Both the position numbers and the translations under genes were made by a program. Below are positions 61,499-64,000 of a DNA stretch of 64,000 nucleotides, in pieces (the first letter of the stretch is position 1; the number at the start of each line of letters is the position of its first letter). Source of the DNA: Alphaproteobacteria bacterium (GTDB lineage Bacteria; Pseudomonadota; Alphaproteobacteria; CALKHQ01); NCBI GenBank assembly GCA_965227515.1, contig CBDDFZ010000001.1:1952001-2016000 (forward strand). Reading direction: 5' to 3'. The notes under the pieces were generated by a model. That model did not search any database. It had not been told where the DNA came from and saw only the letters and a list, made by a program, of their open reading frames with translations.

Positions 61499-62020
61499 CT
61501 ACCCGTTCGACGGTGGCGGCGCCTGGGCCGCATTGCGGGCCAGGAAGCGTTCGACCAGCGCCATCAGCAGGGCCGACAGCACGAACGTCATGTGGATGAT
61601 CACCAGCCACAGCAGCTTGTCGTTGGCGGTTTCGTTCACGTTCATGAAGGCCTTCAGCAAGTGCACCGAGGATATGGCCACGATGGACGAGGCGACCTTG
61701 AGCTTAAGCGTGCCGGAATCGAGCTTGCCGACCCAGGACAGCCGCTCCTCGCCATCCTCCAGTTCGATGCGCGAGACGAAGTTCTCGTAGCCGGAGATGA
61801 TCACCATCACCACCAGGCTGCCGACCAGCGCCAGGTCGATCAGCGACAGCGCCGCCAGGATCGCGTTCTTCTCGCTCAGCTCCAGCAGGGTCGGGATCAG
61901 GTGGACCAGATCGGCGACGAACACCACCGTCAGCACGATCAGCAGGATGGCCAGCCCCAGGTACATCGGCACCAGCAGCCAGCGGCTGTGGTAGAGGATG
62001 CGCTCGATCGTCCGTTCCAA
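61499..62020 (-). CDS. YqhA/UPF0114 (TIGR00645) family membrane protein
   Basis: SRWLL.P.Y.GL, ISGYENFVSR, LKLKVASSIVAISSVHLL and IHMTFV.S. Confidence 0.92.
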   Translation of the reverse strand: MERTIERILYHSRWLLVPMYLGLAILLIVLTVVFVADLVHLIPTLLELSEKNAILAALSLIDLALVGSLVVMVIISGYENFVSRIELEDGEERLSWVGKLDSGTLKLKVASSIVAISSVHLLKAFMNVNETANDKLLWLVIIHMTFVLSALLMALVERFLARNAAQAPPPSNG

Positions 62021-62180
62021 GGCGGGTCGACCTCTCGATTTTCGCTTGCGAGTCGGGCGGGCGGTTCAAGCCCCCATAGCCGATTTCGCGGCGCCGGGCA
62101 AAAGCCCGCGTGCCTGATGTCGCGGCGCCGGCGGATACGCGACGGGCGGCAAGCCGGCAGCGGAGGCCACCATCCCCTCT

Positions 62181-62265
62181 CGTCATTGCGAGGAGTGCTC
62201 ATACGAAGGGCGCGACGCACCATTCCAAGCCGTCATGCCCGCACAGATCAGGTCCGCGCATGACG
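62181..62265. repeat. Hybrid/degenerate CGTC-type repeat
   Basis: CGTCATTGCGAGGAG...GCGACGC arm joined to CGTCATGCCCGC...CGCGCATGACG. Confidence 0.6.
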
Positions 62266-62312
62266 TCATATGTTTTGGCGTTGAGTAATTGCGGGCTGTG
62301 CCAGTGTGGGCC

Positions 62313-63692
62313 CTAACCGCCCCAGAGTGCGGTTCCGGGATGGAACTGCGACCAGGCGAACCAGAACGCCTGGTGGCTGGCGATGTCGGAGCCGTCCGCA
62401 TCCACCGCCCTGATCCCGCCGGCATCGAGCACCAGGCGGACGTTCTCGAACGCGACCGCGTTGCCGTTGCTCAGCGCGACGAAGGCGGTGCTGCGCGGGA
62501 ACGCCACCGGGGTGCCGGACGCCGTGATGACGCCGATAATGTCCTCGTGCACTGGCAGGCGCGGGTCGACATCGCCGACCGGGAAGATCGGGCCATCGGC
62601 GTCGCGGTTGTTGCGGAAGTCGAAGTCGCGGCCCAGCGCCAGCGCCTCGACCAGCACGGTGGTCTCCGGGTAGGCCTCCTTCCAGCGGCCCCATTCAGTG
62701 GTGATGACGGTGACCGGCTCCAGCTGCAGGCCGATCTCCGCCAGCGGCCCGGTCACCGCGCGGCCCAGGAACGTGTCGAACACCGAATAGGTGGTGATGT
62801 CGTACATCACCTTGTTGGAGCGGATGAGCAGGCCCGACGTGCGCAGCACCGGCCGCGCAACGCCTGCGGGCATGCGGTCGGTGAAATAAGCCTGCGCCGC
62901 ACCGCACAAGGTGCAGTACGGAATGCCCAGGTCGCGCCCGCCCAGCGTGTCGTTGACCATCTCGCGCACTTCCATGATGCGGCGCGGATAGGCCCGGTAC
63001 TCGCCGTTCACCTCGATGCCGAAGACGATGGCGTCGTCGGCGAGCCAGGTGGCGTCCGCCGCGCTGGACACCTCCGGGTTGTCGGCCGCTGGGATACAGT
63101 TGCACGGCTCATCCGTGGTGTCGTAAGGGCGGTCGTCGATCAGCACGCCGCCCCAGGACACCAGCCGCCAGTCGATGTCGCCCTCGACGAAGATCCGGTC
63201 CCAGCCCGGCACGATGGTGGTGAAGATGGTGCGTTTGATACGCAGGTAGTCGGGCGGTGCCGGGATGTCCCAGGCGATCAGGTGGTCGGTGAGCGTGCCC
63301 CACGGGTTCTCGTTCGACAGGTCCTTGCCCAGCAGGTCGGACGCGGCGGCGACCAGCCGCTCATTCAGGGGGCGCCCGGAGGTGAAGCGCATCAGATCGC
63401 TGATGATCCAGGCCAGGCGCGGGTCGCGGGACGCCCCGACGACCTCGAGGGCCGCAACCTGTTCCGGGCCCCAGTTGCCCTGCACCATGCTGTCGATGAA
63501 GGCCGTCTTGACGGCAGCCTCAACCTCGGCCGGCAGCGGGCCGTCCGGTATGGCGGGCGGGTGCCCGTATGTCTCGATCACGTAGGCGGGCAGCGTGTCC
63601 TGAGCACGCAGGGCGGCGGACCAGAACAGGCTTAGCAACAGCAGCGGCACGCCCAAGAACATGCGGATTTGAAGCCCGAGCATCGCTGTCAT
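62313..63692 (-). CDS. DUF3179 domain protein (secreted, CxxC)
   Basis: IPA.DNP, RAYP, EMVND..GG, YCTLCG, SGLL..SN.VMYD..T.S and FWFAW..FHP.T. Confidence 0.85.
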   Translation of the reverse strand: MTAMLGLQIRMFLGVPLLLLSLFWSAALRAQDTLPAYVIETYGHPPAIPDGPLPAEVEAAVKTAFIDSMVQGNWGPEQVAALEVVGASRDPRLAWIISDLMRFTSGRPLNERLVAAASDLLGKDLSNENPWGTLTDHLIAWDIPAPPDYLRIKRTIFTTIVPGWDRIFVEGDIDWRLVSWGGVLIDDRPYDTTDEPCNCIPAADNPEVSSAADATWLADDAIVFGIEVNGEYRAYPRRIMEVREMVNDTLGGRDLGIPYCTLCGAAQAYFTDRMPAGVARPVLRTSGLLIRSNKVMYDITTYSVFDTFLGRAVTGPLAEIGLQLEPVTVITTEWGRWKEAYPETTVLVEALALGRDFDFRNNRDADGPIFPVGDVDPRLPVHEDIIGVITASGTPVAFPRSTAFVALSNGNAVAFENVRLVLDAGGIRAVDADGSDIASHQAFWFAWSQFHPGTALWGG

Positions 63693-64000
63693 GTCCCCCA
63701 CCTTGTCCGTGCCGATTGCCAAGCTGCTCCCAACACACTCGGCCTTGATGCTCCCCGCGGCCAGTCACGATTGCTCAGCAAGCGGTGAGAGTGGCATCAG
63801 CAGGAACGCGGCGCTCGCAAGGCATGGTTGCGTGTTCCTATCTTGTCATTACCTGTTACGATGTGCGTTCTAATAGTCGGCGAGCGATATTGGCCCTTAG
63901 CCAAGCTGGTCTCTGTTGAGGCCGAGACCGGTATGTACAAGGTCATCGACTTCCTCCTCGCACAGGTGATGTGTGCGGGGCGAAAGAGTTGGAGGGAGAG

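Noticed and set aside
63933-64000. ORF starting near the window end
   Set aside because: Too short and truncated to support a call

Overview
High-GC alphaproteobacterial (Rhodospirillales-like) chromosomal segment, mostly housekeeping genes: cysD-cysNC, MATE-tlyA-rlmD, fabI-aroC-sppA, a TAXI-TRAP/DMT/lactonase cluster, two paralogous RTX proteins, mmsB plus an enoyl-CoA hydrolase, hemH-rpe, serB/miaA, ilvIHC, mreBCD-mrdA-rodA, nadE, hicAB and sahR-metF-metE. The main finding is two apparently identical, inverted copies of a ~1.42 kb IS110-family (IS1111-type) element at 915-2336 and 55411-56832. Both are inserted at exactly the same position (an AG/CT core) in a GTAG-type REP repeat. The ~260 nt non-coding region downstream of the DEDD recombinase is predicted to fold into a structured RNA. 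It carries four short segments matching both sides of the REP target and both sides of the element's own circle junction, so it is a readable bridge/seekRNA guide. At least four other families of short palindromic repeats occur in intergenic spaces, plus an unannotated 30-aa small ORF with its own RBS. No rRNA, tRNA or CRISPR array was seen. All calls come from manual motif recognition; no database searches or folding programs were run.
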